Shown here: positions 49,409-59,179 of the stretch, piece by piece | Layout of the letters: every line of letters starts with the position of its first letter | How positions within the stretch are numbered: the first letter of the stretch is position 1 | DNA from: Alphaproteobacteria bacterium | GTDB lineage: Bacteria > Pseudomonadota > Alphaproteobacteria > SHVR01 | Assembly (NCBI GenBank): GCA_009694185.1 | Contig: SHVR01000011.1 | Span: forward strand, 216-64,215 | Direction: 5' to 3' | Length of the DNA stretch: 64,000 nt | Notes under the pieces: generated by a model | Seen by the model: only the letters and a program-made list of their open reading frames with translations | What the model was told of the DNA's origin: nothing | Database searches by the model: none | Position numbers and translations under genes: made by a program

Positions 49409-50700
49409 GCCAGGTGCTCCCGGCTCGCCACCGCCGCGTTGAGCCGCGACAGGGACGCCAAGGCGGCCTCGGCCGCCGCGACACCGGAGAGATAAGCGCC
49501 ATGGCCGGTCGAGAAGAAATCCGGCGACGCGGCCTCGCCCGCGAAGAAGAGCCGCCCGTCGATCGGCCGCGCCAAGTCGACGCGCCGATGCGCCTGGCCG
49601 GGCTTGGCGGAAGAATAGGCGCCCCTGATCCAGGGATCGCTCTCCCAGCTGGAGACCAGGCTGGCACCCACATGCCGGCGAATGTCACCGCCATAGACCG
49701 ATTGCAGCGCCGCCAGGGCATGCTCCACCATGGCGGCCTCGCCCGCCCGTTCCAATTCGCCGCAAAAGGCGCCGCCCACATAGCCCGACGCCATGTTCCA
49801 GCCGAACGGCCTGATCTGGTAGGTCATGCCCCGGGGCGCGCCCGCGAGCAGGTTCATGCCGCCGGTATCGGCGCCATCGAAGACGTCCTTGGTAAACGCG
49901 ATGCCGATCTTGTTGGCGCGACCCAGCGGCAACGCCTCGATCGCGGTCAATTTCCAATCGGGCAAGGGTGGATCGAAGCGGATCGTCTCGGCGGCGAGCA
50001 CACCGGTCGACGCCGTGACGATGACGGCGCCCGCGCGGATGGTGCCGGCTTCGGTCATGACGGCGGGACGCGGCCGGTGCCAGTCGATACGGGTCACCGG
50101 TGTCGCGAGCCGGACGGCCAAGCCCTCCCCGAAGCGCGCCACCAGCGCGCCATAGCCCTCCTTGACCGGCCAGTTCTCCGCCGTATCGCGGTAATTATAA
50201 TGGTCGAGGGTGGAGAGTTCCTCGGCATCGACGCTCGACAAGGCCGCCATCCATTGCCGGAGCAACGGCGCCCATGGGCTCGTCTCGTCAATGAGATGGC
50301 TGGCGGCGAGGTCGAGGCCGGCCCGGCCGGCCGCCTCGATGGCGGCGAAACTCCGCTCGTAATAGAGCGCGCGCTCGGCCAACTCGTCCGGGCTTGCCCA
50401 GCGCGTCCCCAGCCAGGTCTGGCGCGGCACATAGCGGGGCGCCACCGTGAAACCCAAGCGCCGGGCGATGGCGACCCAGGGGTTGAGGCTCGCCGAATGC
50501 AGCCAATGGCAGCCATAATCGAACGGCACGCCGAGGCGCTGGCTGTCGGTCCAGGCACGGCCGCCGACCCGGTCCTTGGCTTCGAGCACGAGGGCGTCCA
50601 GGCCCGCCCGTCTGAGATGATCGGCGGCGGCCAGACCCGCGGCACCCGCACCTACGATGACGACATCGACCTCGCTCGCCACGCTCGCCTCATTTGCCAC
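49405..50700 (-). CDS. Flavin monoamine oxidase family FAD oxidoreductase
   Basis: GAGAAG, EAKDRVGGR, DPWIRGAYS, FAGEA and HGAYLSG. Confidence 0.88.
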   Translation of the reverse strand: MANEASVASEVDVVIVGAGAAGLAAADHLRRAGLDALVLEAKDRVGGRAWTDSQRLGVPFDYGCHWLHSASLNPWVAIARRLGFTVAPRYVPRQTWLGTRWASPDELAERALYYERSFAAIEAAGRAGLDLAASHLIDETSPWAPLLRQWMAALSSVDAEELSTLDHYNYRDTAENWPVKEGYGALVARFGEGLAVRLATPVTRIDWHRPRPAVMTEAGTIRAGAVIVTASTGVLAAETIRFDPPLPDWKLTAIEALPLGRANKIGIAFTKDVFDGADTGGMNLLAGAPRGMTYQIRPFGWNMASGYVGGAFCGELERAGEAAMVEHALAALQSVYGGDIRRHVGASLVSSWESDPWIRGAYSSAKPGQAHRRVDLARPIDGRLFFAGEAASPDFFSTGHGAYLSGVAAAEAALASLSRLNAAVASREHLA

Positions 50701-50769
50701 CGCTCGCGGCCAGCATACATCCGGCCGGGCTCAGCGCCCATCCGCCGTGGCGCTCGGCGACGCGGCGCG

Positions 50770-51055
50770 CTACGCCGCCGCTTCTCGCGGTTTCACTTCC
50801 CGCGCGATCTTCTTGCCTTGCTCGGCTGCCGTGCTCTTCAGATCGTAGCTGGCCTGAAGACGCACCCAGAGATCAGCCGTTGTACCGAGATAACGGGCGA
50901 GACGCAGGGCCAAGTCCGATATCCATGAACAGGTCGCTCGCCTCGTTCAACAGCCGGGGTCTCCGCTGAGCCTGTCGCCGAAATGCCTGAAACCGACGGA
51001 CGCGTCGCCCCCTGAACAACGCTTCGGTATCCTTATCGGCGAAACTGCGGATCAT
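50770..51055 (-). pseudogene. higBA toxin-antitoxin module with an internal deletion
   Basis: HigB N-terminus MIRSFADKDTEALFRG... joined near 50920 to a HigA C-terminus DLALRLARYLGTTADLWVRLQASYDL...* in another frame. Confidence 0.78.
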
Positions 51056-51088
51056 TCCGGGCAGTCCGACCGGGTGCTGGTTCCGTCC

Positions 51089-51979
51089 TCATTCGTCGTC
51101 CGCCATGCGGGCGGCTGGATCGTCGAGCGCGAAATAGCGCGGCCGGCCGAGCGCCCAGGGATCGCCCCAGAGCTGCTGGCCGCCGTCGACGGTGAGCACT
51201 TCGCCGGTGACGAACTTGCCCGAGGCTGCGGCGAGATAGACCACCGCCTCGGCCACGTCCATGGCGTCGCCCGCATGCTTCAGGGGGTTCGACTGGCCAT
51301 AGGTGGCGACGGCGGCCGGCGGGTAAAGCCCAAAAGCGGTTGTCTCGCAGCAGCCGGGCGCCACGCAATTCACCCGGATGGCGAGCGGCGCCCATTCCAC
51401 CGCCACGGTCTTGGAGAGATAGATGACACCGGCCCGCGCCGCGGCGGTATGCGCCAGATGCGGCATGCCGCGCCAGATGTCGGCGACGATATTGACGATG
51501 GCGCCACCCTCGTTCCGCGCCCGCCAGCGCCGGGCGGCCGTCTGCATCATGTACCAGGTGCCATTCAGATTGGTGTCGATGACCGCGTTCCAGCCCTTGA
51601 CGGAAAAATCCAGCGCCGCCTGGGGAAACTGGCCGCCGCCGTTATTGACCAGGAGATCGAGGCGGCCATGGCGAGCGAGAACGCCATCGATCGCGCTCTC
51701 GACCGCCACGGGATCGCGGATGGTCATGGGCTGGACATCGACCGCGATGCCTTGCGGGCGAAGCAGGCTACGAAGCGCATCCAGCTTCTCGGGTGTGCGG
51801 CCGCAAGCGACGATGGTGGCCCCTAACCGCCCGAGCAGTACGGCGATCGCCTTGCCGAGGCCGCTGCCCGCACCCGTCACCAGCGCCACTTGGCCCCGAA
51901 AGAGGTCGGCACGATAGACGGTCGGCCAAGCGAGCAGTTCGGCGTCGCTCAAGCCATAAGCCGAGGCGGTCTCATCCAT
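51089..51979 (-). CDS. SDR oxidoreductase (trans-2-enoyl/2,4-dienoyl-CoA reductase-like)
   Basis: TGAGSGLG, NNGGGQFP and HTAAARAGV. Confidence 0.85.
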   Translation of the reverse strand: MDETASAYGLSDAELLAWPTVYRADLFRGQVALVTGAGSGLGKAIAVLLGRLGATIVACGRTPEKLDALRSLLRPQGIAVDVQPMTIRDPVAVESAIDGVLARHGRLDLLVNNGGGQFPQAALDFSVKGWNAVIDTNLNGTWYMMQTAARRWRARNEGGAIVNIVADIWRGMPHLAHTAAARAGVIYLSKTVAVEWAPLAIRVNCVAPGCCETTAFGLYPPAAVATYGQSNPLKHAGDAMDVAEAVVYLAAASGKFVTGEVLTVDGGQQLWGDPWALGRPRYFALDDPAARMADDE

Positions 51980-52073
51980 GGGCGTCCTCCCTCCGAAGCG
52001 GGGCGACACTATCGCGCGCCGCGCCCTTCCGCCATCATCTGGCCCGGACACGCCACCCAGCGGGAAGCACGCC

Positions 52074-53240
52074 ATGGACTTCGCCCTGACCGACGACCAG
52101 AAGCAGCTTCAAGAGGCGGCACGCCGCTTCGCCCACGAGCGGTTGCGGCCCGGCTATCGGCAGCGCGAACTCGATGGGCGCTTCGACCGGGCGCTGGTTC
52201 GCGCCATGGGCGATTTGGGCCTGATTACGCCTGATTTGCCCGAAGAGTATGGCGGCATGGGCATCGACGGGCTGACCGCCGGCCTCATTATCGAGCAGGT
52301 GGGCTATGGCGACATCATCGTCGGCTATATCCCGATGCTGGGCTCGCTTTGCGGCCAGATTCTCGCCCGGCACGGCACCCCCGACATGGCCCGCGACGTG
52401 CTGCCCAAGATCGCCCGGGGCGAGACCCTGGTGGCTTTGGGCCTGACCGAGCCCAGGGGTGGCAGCGACGCGGCCCACCTCATCCTTCGCGCGAGACCCG
52501 ACGGCAACGGCTATGTGCTCGACGGCGAGAAGGCGTCGATTTCCATGGCCAACCAGGCGGACAAGGTGCTGGTGGCGGCGCGCACCGGCGCCGAGTCCGA
52601 GGGCGCCCATGGGGTCAGCATGTTCTTGGTCGACCTCACGGCCAAGGGCGTCACCCGCTCGGCCTATAACGACCTCGGCTCCAAGGCGGTGGGTCGCGGC
52701 TCGATCTGGTTCGATGGCGTGCGCGTCGAAGCCGAAGAGCGGGTCGGGCCCGAGGGCAAGGGCTTCACCCAGGTCATGCAGGGCTTCGACTATAGCCGCG
52801 CCATGATCGCGCTCAAATGCCTGGGCTCGGCGCAGGCCTCGCTCGACGAGACCTGGCCCTACACGGTGGAGCGCCAAGCCTTCGATCGGCCGATCGCCCA
52901 ATATCAGGGTGTCACCTTCCCGCTCGTTGAATTCGACACCCAGATCCAGGCGGCGCGCCTCTTGTGCTATCGGGCACTCTGGCTGCGCGACCGGGGCTTG
53001 CCCCACACGGCCGAGGCGGCGATGTGCAAATGGTGGGCGCCGCGCCTCGCCGTCGACACCATCCACCAATGCATTCTGACCCATGGCCATCTCGGCTACA
53101 GCATGGACCTGCCGCACCAGCAGCGCCTCCGCGATGTGATGGGCCTCGAAATCGGCGACGGCACCGCCCAGGTCTCGAAGATGATCGTGGCGCGCGAGCG
53201 GGTCGGCCGCGTCTCGGTGCAATATGCCTGGAAGAAATAG
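52074..53240 (+). CDS. aliB: Acyl-CoA dehydrogenase, cyclohexanecarboxyl-CoA dehydrogenase-like
   Basis: LTEPRGGSDAA, GFDYSRA, AAMCKWWAP and RDVMGLEIGDGTAQ. Confidence 0.75.
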   Translation: MDFALTDDQKQLQEAARRFAHERLRPGYRQRELDGRFDRALVRAMGDLGLITPDLPEEYGGMGIDGLTAGLIIEQVGYGDIIVGYIPMLGSLCGQILARHGTPDMARDVLPKIARGETLVALGLTEPRGGSDAAHLILRARPDGNGYVLDGEKASISMANQADKVLVAARTGAESEGAHGVSMFLVDLTAKGVTRSAYNDLGSKAVGRGSIWFDGVRVEAEERVGPEGKGFTQVMQGFDYSRAMIALKCLGSAQASLDETWPYTVERQAFDRPIAQYQGVTFPLVEFDTQIQAARLLCYRALWLRDRGLPHTAEAAMCKWWAPRLAVDTIHQCILTHGHLGYSMDLPHQQRLRDVMGLEIGDGTAQVSKMIVARERVGRVSVQYAWKK

Positions 53241-53376
53241 GGGCGGCTGTGGGGGGAATCCTTGCCGGGGTGGTCATTTGGGTGCAACCTTGATCGAAAG
53301 AACCCGCTACCCGGTGCCCGCTATCCGGCGCATGTGGGCTGGAATGCGCCGACGACGCCAGCGCCCGCGCGACCTT

Positions 53377-53424
53377 GCGGTGACGGGGAGGCCGGCGCGG
53401 TGACGGGGAGGCCGGCGCGGTGAC
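53377..53424. repeat. 20-bp tandem repeat GCGGTGACGGGGAGGCCGGC x2.4
   Basis: Copies at 53377 and 53397, partial copy at 53417. Confidence 0.85.
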
Positions 53425-53462
53425 CGGTCGGAAGCCGGTTCGATGGATACAGGGAGGGTGTC

Positions 53463-53957
53463 ATGCCGCATGCGGCAATTCGTGGCCACGCTGTCGTAAC
53501 GCAACCGGGCGAGGGCCCGTCCTATTGGCAGCCGTTGCCGGCCAACGGGCACGCCGATCCCGCCCTGTTTCCAGCCAACACCGGCTTCGACGGCCTGTCC
53601 CTGGGCTTCCAGACCGTGGCAGCCCGAAGCCGCATCCGCGAGCATTCCCACGGCGACCAGATCGAGCTGCAGATCTGTTTTCGCGGCCAGGGCCGGGTGA
53701 TGGTTGACGGCGTTGCCCACAAGCTAGTCCCTGGCACTGCCTGCTTCCTCGGCTACGATGTCAAACATGAGATCATCAATGAGGGCGACGACGAGTTGGT
53801 CATGCTGTGGGTCATCTCGCCAGCCGGCCTGGAAGATTTCTTCCGCGCCATCGGTCGCGCGCGCGACGCGGGCGAGCCGGCACCGCCGCCCTTTTCGCGC
53901 CCCGCCGATGTCGTGGCGGTCGAGCGCAAGATGGGTATGAACGATACGGTGGCCTGA
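53463..53957 (+). CDS. Cupin domain protein
   Basis: HSH...E motif 1 and H in motif 2 (VKHEIIN); SD GGGAGGG. Confidence 0.85.
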   Translation: MPHAAIRGHAVVTQPGEGPSYWQPLPANGHADPALFPANTGFDGLSLGFQTVAARSRIREHSHGDQIELQICFRGQGRVMVDGVAHKLVPGTACFLGYDVKHEIINEGDDELVMLWVISPAGLEDFFRAIGRARDAGEPAPPPFSRPADVVAVERKMGMNDTVA

Positions 53958-53974
53958 CAGGCTGTCGGGGAGCC

Positions 53975-54193
53975 CTACCCCCCGACCACCTGGCTCACTT
54001 CCGCGTCGCTCGGAAAGCGGCCCTCCTTGAGTTTGGAGAATTTGAGCACGCCGTCGACCGTGATCTCGAAGGCACCGTTCTTCGATTTCACCAGTTTCAC
54101 GTCGGCCTGGCCGACGCGCGCGATCAGGTCCCTCGCACGGAGGGCGCGCGGCTCATAGTTTCAAGACACGCAATAGGCGATATGAACTTCCAT
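53975..54193 (-). CDS. SelW/SelT/SelH (Rdx family) selenoprotein, CxxU
   Basis: MEVHIAYCVS(U)NYEPRALRARDL...GAFEITVDG..KFSKLKEGRFP; UGA at 54163-54161; SD GGAG; downstream hairpin. Confidence 0.85.
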
Positions 54194-54228
54194 GGCTCTC
54201 TCCGGTTGACCAAGTCCGACAGTATGCC

Positions 54229-54999
54229 TCACCGCCAGCCGCCGCCGCCATTCACATAGACCGTGTCGGCGGTCATATATTCCGCGGCATCGGAACACAT
54301 GAACAGCACCAGTTCGCCGATCTCCTCGGGCCGGCCGAAGCGTTTCATCGGCACGTCGTTCTTGAACTGCTCCAGCAGCGCGGGTGGGGTGTTGGCGGCG
54401 GCCTGGAAAGGCGTCTCGATCGGACCCGGCGAGATCGAGAGACAGCGGATACCGCGATCGGCGAATTCGCGCGCCACACCCAGCGTCATGGTCAAGACCG
54501 CGCCCTTGGCGGCGGCATAGTGGATCGACGCACCCGGGCCGCCGCGCTTGTGCGACATGCTGGCCATGTTGACGATCACCCCCTTGCCGTTCGCCAGCAT
54601 CAGGGGGACCACCGCCTGCATGGCATAGAAAGTGCCCTTGACGTTGAGGTCGAAGGTCTTGTCCATCAGCTCGTCGTCGATCTCGAGGAACTTGGCGCGC
54701 CGGAAGGCGGCACCCGCCGAGTTGAACAAAAAATCGACCCGCCCGAAGGCCGCCTGGGCGCGGCCGACCATGGCATCGACGGCGGCGCGGTCGGTCACGT
54801 CAACGCCAAGCGCCGCCGCCTTGCCGCCGTTCTGGGTGACCTGATTGGCCGTGCGCTCGGCGCCGGCGCCGTCCAGATCGGCTGAGAAGACGTTGGCGCC
54901 CTCGCGGGCGAAGATGAGGGCGGTCGCCCGGCCGATGCCGCTCGCGGCACCGGTGATGACGACCGTCTTGCCGACGAAATAGTCAGGGGTCTTGGGCAT
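54229..54999 (-). CDS. SDR family oxidoreductase
   Basis: TGAASGIG, NSAG, YAAAKG and VNGG. Confidence 0.9.
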   Translation of the reverse strand: MPKTPDYFVGKTVVITGAASGIGRATALIFAREGANVFSADLDGAGAERTANQVTQNGGKAAALGVDVTDRAAVDAMVGRAQAAFGRVDFLFNSAGAAFRRAKFLEIDDELMDKTFDLNVKGTFYAMQAVVPLMLANGKGVIVNMASMSHKRGGPGASIHYAAAKGAVLTMTLGVAREFADRGIRCLSISPGPIETPFQAAANTPPALLEQFKNDVPMKRFGRPEEIGELVLFMCSDAAEYMTADTVYVNGGGGWR

Positions 55000-55080
55000 G
55001 ATTCCTCGCTTCCGTGCCGCCCGACTGTAATCCACGGGACCGGCCCGCGTCAGCCCCCCTGCCTGGGATGCATCGACGTC

Positions 55081-55185
55081 TGTTCATATGAACATATGTA
55101 TTCACATAATACAGATAACAAATATAGATGCTTTTCGATTTTAGAACTTCTTACATTATTTGTTTGCAATTATCCCTCGAAAAGT
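55081..55185. promoter_or_regulatory. AT-rich regulatory region upstream of mntH, containing a 14-bp palindrome
   Basis: TGTTCATATGAACA at 55081-55094; strongly AT-rich against the surroundings. Confidence 0.5.
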
Positions 55186-55225
55186 CGTTTCATCGCGACC
55201 TTGAAATGGACTGTGGGATCGAGCT

Positions 55226-56605
55226 GTGGACGACGGCGCGCGCACCAGCATGGCACCGGGCTGGCGAACCGATGTGGGCATGCCGAGCCTGCCCGAGGTC
55301 TATCGCACGGTGCATGTGGCGGCGACGGCGAGCGTTTGGCGGAAGCTGTTCGCCTTCGCGGGCCCTGGCTATCTCGTTGCGGTCGGCTATATGGACCCGG
55401 GCAATTGGGCGACCGACTTGGCCGGTGGTTCGGCCTTCGGCTATACGCTGCTCGCGGTCATTCTGCTCTCCAACCTCATGGCCATCCTCTTGCAGGCGCT
55501 CAGCGCCAAGCTCGGAATCGTCACCGGCCGCGACCTGGCCCAGGCCTGCCGCGACCATTACCCGCGGCCGGTGGCGCTCGGGCTCTGGTTCCTCTGCGAG
55601 ATCGCCATTTGCGCCTGCGATCTCGCCGAGGTCATCGGCACCGCGATCGCGCTCCAGCTCTTGTTCGGTATTCCGCTCCTCTGGGGCGTGGTGCTCACCG
55701 CCGCCGACGTGCTGCTCATTCTCTTGTTGCAGCAGCGGGGCTTCCGCTATCTCGAGGCGTTCGTTATCGCCCTCATCCTGGTCATCGCCGGCTGCTTCCT
55801 GTTTGTGATCCTGGCGGCCCAGACCGATGTCGCCGCCATTCTCCGGGGCTTCGTGCCGAGTGCCGAGATCGTGCGCAATCCCGAGATGCTCTATATCGCC
55901 ATCGGCATCCTGGGCGCCACCGTGATGCCGCATAATCTCTATTTGCATTCCTCGATCGTCCAAACTCGGCGCTTCGAGGAAACCCCGAGCGGCAAGGCCG
56001 AGGCGATCAAATACGCCACCATCGACTCGACCATCGCGCTGATGTTCGCGCTGTTCATCAATGCCGCGATCCTGATTACGGCGGCGGCCACCTTCCATGT
56101 CCAGGGTGCCACCGAGGTGGCGGAGATTCAGGAAGCCCACCGGCTGTTGACGCCCATGCTCGGCGTGGGGCTGGCGAGCACATTGTTCGCGGTGGCCCTG
56201 TTGGCTTCCGGCCAAAACTCGACCATCACCGCCACGCTTGCCGGCCAGATCGTCATGGAAGGCTTCCTCCGGGTGCGCCTGCCGGCCTGGCTCCGGCGCC
56301 TGGTCACCCGCCTGATTGCCATCGTGCCGGCGATTATCGTCACGGCCCTTTATGGCGAGCGCGGCACCGCCCAGCTCTTGATCCTGAGCCAGGTGGTCTT
56401 GAGCATGCAGCTGCCCTTCGCGGTCATCCCGCTCGTCAAATTCACCAGCGATCCGGCCAAGATGGGCCGCTTCGTCAATGCCCGCTGGATCACCTGGCTC
56501 GCCTGGTTCGTGGCCGGGCTGATCGTCGCCCTCAACGTCAAGCTGTTGGCCGACGCGGCGGGCCTGACCGACCTGCTGCAGCGCCTGGCCGCCGCTGCGC
56601 ATTGA
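55226..56605 (+). CDS. mntH: Nramp family Mn2+/H+ transporter
   Basis: [28 protein letters not shown] and SQVVLS. Confidence 0.95.
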   Translation: MDDGARTSMAPGWRTDVGMPSLPEVYRTVHVAATASVWRKLFAFAGPGYLVAVGYMDPGNWATDLAGGSAFGYTLLAVILLSNLMAILLQALSAKLGIVTGRDLAQACRDHYPRPVALGLWFLCEIAICACDLAEVIGTAIALQLLFGIPLLWGVVLTAADVLLILLLQQRGFRYLEAFVIALILVIAGCFLFVILAAQTDVAAILRGFVPSAEIVRNPEMLYIAIGILGATVMPHNLYLHSSIVQTRRFEETPSGKAEAIKYATIDSTIALMFALFINAAILITAAATFHVQGATEVAEIQEAHRLLTPMLGVGLASTLFAVALLASGQNSTITATLAGQIVMEGFLRVRLPAWLRRLVTRLIAIVPAIIVTALYGERGTAQLLILSQVVLSMQLPFAVIPLVKFTSDPAKMGRFVNARWITWLAWFVAGLIVALNVKLLADAAGLTDLLQRLAAAAH

Positions 56606-56630
56606 CTTGACCGGGCCTAGCCCCTATACA
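56602..56630 (+). promoter_or_regulatory. Sigma70 promoter of the rpmH operon
   Basis: TTGACT-N17-TATACA; the -35 element overlaps the mntH stop codon. Confidence 0.65.
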
Positions 56631-56671
56631 CCGGGCCTCTTTTTCAGGTTCAGGCGCCATGGAGGCCAGCC

Positions 56672-56806
56672 GTGAAGCGGACCTATCAGCCGAGCGTGCT
56701 CGTGCGCAAGCGCAGGCACGGCTTTCGTGCCCGTATGGCGACCGTGGGTGGGCGCTTGGTGATCAATCGCCGCCGAGCGCGGGGTCGCAAACGCCTTTCC
56801 GCATGA
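56672..56806 (+). CDS. rpmH: 50S ribosomal protein L34 (not in the ORF track)
   Basis: [44 protein letters not shown]; SD GGAGG. Confidence 0.97.
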   Translation: MKRTYQPSVLVRKRRHGFRARMATVGGRLVINRRRARGRKRLSA

Positions 56807-56807
56807 C

Positions 56808-57188
56808 ATGACGGCGCTGTTCGGCCGGTTGACTCGCCGGGCGGAGTTTCTGCGCACCGCCGCCGGGCGGCGCTCGGCCATGCCGGGTCTGGTGCTCCAG
56901 GTGCGGCGCCGCGACGATGGCGGGTCGGACCCGGCCGCCGTCAGGGTGGGCTATACCGTGACACGCAAGGTTGGCAACGCCGTGCAACGAAATCGAGTGC
57001 GACGCCGCCTGCGCGCCGTGGCGCGATTGATCATGCCGGATGGGGGCGTGCCGGGCCATGACTATGTCGTGGTGGGGCGGCTGGAAACGCTGGTCCGGCC
57101 GTTCGCGGACTTGACCCGGGATCTGCGGGCGGCGCTTGGCAAACTGGCGGGCGGGAGTGGGCACCTGGGAAACGCGCGGCCATCATGA
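56808..57188 (+). CDS. rnpA: Ribonuclease P protein component
   Basis: [24 protein letters not shown] motif. Confidence 0.95.
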   Translation: MTALFGRLTRRAEFLRTAAGRRSAMPGLVLQVRRRDDGGSDPAAVRVGYTVTRKVGNAVQRNRVRRRLRAVARLIMPDGGVPGHDYVVVGRLETLVRPFADLTRDLRAALGKLAGGSGHLGNARPS

Positions 57189-57442
57189 AGGGAATCGTTC
57201 AAGGAATATTGCGCGGCTTGATCCGCGCCTACCAGTTGACGTTGTCGCCCTGGCTTGGCATCCATTGCCGCTACCTGCCCACCTGCTCGCACTATGCGCT
57301 CGATGCGCTCGAACGCCATGGGCCGGCGCGCGGCATGTGGCTCGCGGCCGGGCGACTGTTGCGGTGCCACCCATGGGGTGGTTCGGGATACGATCCCGTG
57401 CCGGTCGGCACCCGCCGACGCCGGCCGGGCGACGCGCATTAG
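57185..57442 (+). CDS. yidD: Membrane protein insertion efficiency factor
   Basis: [11 protein letters not shown]...[17 protein letters not shown]. Confidence 0.95.
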   Translation: MKGIVQGILRGLIRAYQLTLSPWLGIHCRYLPTCSHYALDALERHGPARGMWLAAGRLLRCHPWGGSGYDPVPVGTRRRRPGDAH

Positions 57443-57460
57443 GGGTATTGGGAAAGCGGC

Positions 57461-59179
57461 ATGGACCAACAGCGTAACCTGATTCTGGCCATCGCGCTCT
57501 CCGTCGCGATCATGCTCGGCTTCCAGTATTTCTACGAGCGGCCCAAGTTGCAGAAGCAGCAAGAACAGGCCGAGACCGAGAGGCTATCCGACGACCGCCC
57601 GAAGCCCGCCCAAGGTGCCGCCCCAGGGTCGACGCCGGGCGTACCCGGCGTCGCAGCCCCCGCCGCGCCGGCGCCCGAAGCCGCGCGGGTCGCCATTGCC
57701 AGCCCTCGCCTCTCGGGCTCGATCTCGACCCGGGGTGCCCGCCTCGATGATCTGATCCTCGCCGACTACCGGGAAACGGTGGCGCGCGACAGCGCCAAGA
57801 TCACGCTGCTCAACGGGCGCGCATCGACCAACCCCTATTATGCCGAGCTCGGCTGGGTGGCGGCCGGGCCGGGTGTGGCGGTACCGGACGGCGACACGGT
57901 CTGGCAGACGGCGGCCAAGCGCCTGACGCCCTCGGAGCCGGTGACCATGAGCTGGGAGAATGGCGCCGGCCTCAAATTCACCAAGACATTCCAACTCGAC
58001 GAGAACTACGTCTTCGCCGTCACTCAGACGGTCCAGAACAGCGGCGACCAGCCGGTGGCCTTGCATGCCTTCGGCCTCGTCGCGCGCTGGGGCACGCCCA
58101 CGACCCTCGGTTTCTATATCCTGCATGAGGGTCCGGTCGGCGTGATCAACGGCACGCTCAAGGAATATTCCTACACGGACCTCAAGGAGAAGAACCGGAT
58201 CGAGGACCAGTCGAAAGGCGGCTGGCTCGGGATTACCGACAAATATTGGCTGGTGGCGCTGGTTCCCGACCAGGCGAGCGACGTGAAGACGCGCTTCGGT
58301 CATGTGCTGCGCGACAATGTGGACCGCTACCAGGTGGACTATCTGGGGCCGAGCGTGAGTGTGCCGGCGGGCGGCCGCATCGAAGCCACCAATCGGATCT
58401 TCGCCGGGGCCAAGGAAGTTCGCCTGCTCGATGCCTATGAAGAAAAGCTCGGCGTCGCCCGGTTCGATCTCGCCGTGGATTTCGGCTGGTTCTACTTCCT
58501 GACCAAGCCGATCTTCTATGTGCTCGACTGGATGTTCCGCTGGCTCGGCAATTTCGGCCTCGCCATCATGCTGCTGACGGTGCTCATCAAGCTGGTGTTC
58601 TTCCCGCTCGCCAACAAATCCTATGTGGCGATGAGCCGGATGAAGGACTTGCAGCCGGAGATGTTGAAGGTGCGGGAGCGCCATGAGAACGACCGCCAGC
58701 GCATGAACCAGGAGATGATGGCCCTCTACAAGCGCGAGAAAGTGAACCCGGCGGCGGGCTGCTTGCCGATCGTCATCCAGATCCCGGTGTTCTTCTCGCT
58801 CTACAAGGTGCTGTTCGTCACGATCGAGATGCGCCACGCGCCATTTTACGGCTGGATCAAGGATCTGTCGGTCGCGGACCCGACCCACCTTTTCAATTTG
58901 TTCGGCCTCATTCCCTGGACGCCGCCGGAATTCCTGCATATCGGCGTCTGGCCCCTGATCATGGGCGCCACGATGTTCCTGCAAACCAAACTCAATCCCC
59001 AGCCAGCCGATCCCGTTCAGGCCAAGATTTTTCTGTTCATGCCGCTGATCTTCACTGTGATGCTGGCGGCGTTCCCGGCCGGATTGGTGATCTACTGGGC
59101 GTGGAACAATTTGCTGTCGATCGCCCAGCAATGGTTCATCATGCGGCAATCCAAGAAGAAAACGGCCGCGCCGGCGTGA
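57461..59179 (+). CDS. yidC: Membrane protein insertase YidC
   Basis: DFGWFYF, GNFGLAI, GCLPIVIQIPVFF and GLVIYWAWNN. Confidence 0.96.
   Translation: MDQQRNLILAIALSVAIMLGFQYFYERPKLQKQQEQAETERLSDDRPKPAQGAAPGSTPGVPGVAAPAAPAPEAARVAIASPRLSGSISTRGARLDDLILADYRETVARDSAKITLLNGRASTNPYYAELGWVAAGPGVAVPDGDTVWQTAAKRLTPSEPVTMSWENGAGLKFTKTFQLDENYVFAVTQTVQNSGDQPVALHAFGLVARWGTPTTLGFYILHEGPVGVINGTLKEYSYTDLKEKNRIEDQSKGGWLGITDKYWLVALVPDQASDVKTRFGHVLRDNVDRYQVDYLGPSVSVPAGGRIEATNRIFAGAKEVRLLDAYEEKLGVARFDLAVDFGWFYFLTKPIFYVLDWMFRWLGNFGLAIMLLTVLIKLVFFPLANKSYVAMSRMKDLQPEMLKVRERHENDRQRMNQEMMALYKREKVNPAAGCLPIVIQIPVFFSLYKVLFVTIEMRHAPFYGWIKDLSVADPTHLFNLFGLIPWTPPEFLHIGVWPLIMGATMFLQTKLNPQPADPVQAKIFLFMPLIFTVMLAAFPAGLVIYWAWNNLLSIAQQWFIMRQSKKKTAAPA

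Noticed and set aside
53377-53424. Repeat as a mini-CRISPR
   Set aside because: Head-to-tail copies with no spacers and no cas genes
55081-56806. oriC near rpmH, given the AT-rich tract
   Set aside because: No dnaA in the window and no good DnaA boxes seen (TTATCCCTC has 2 mismatches); the tract is better explained as the mntH promoter
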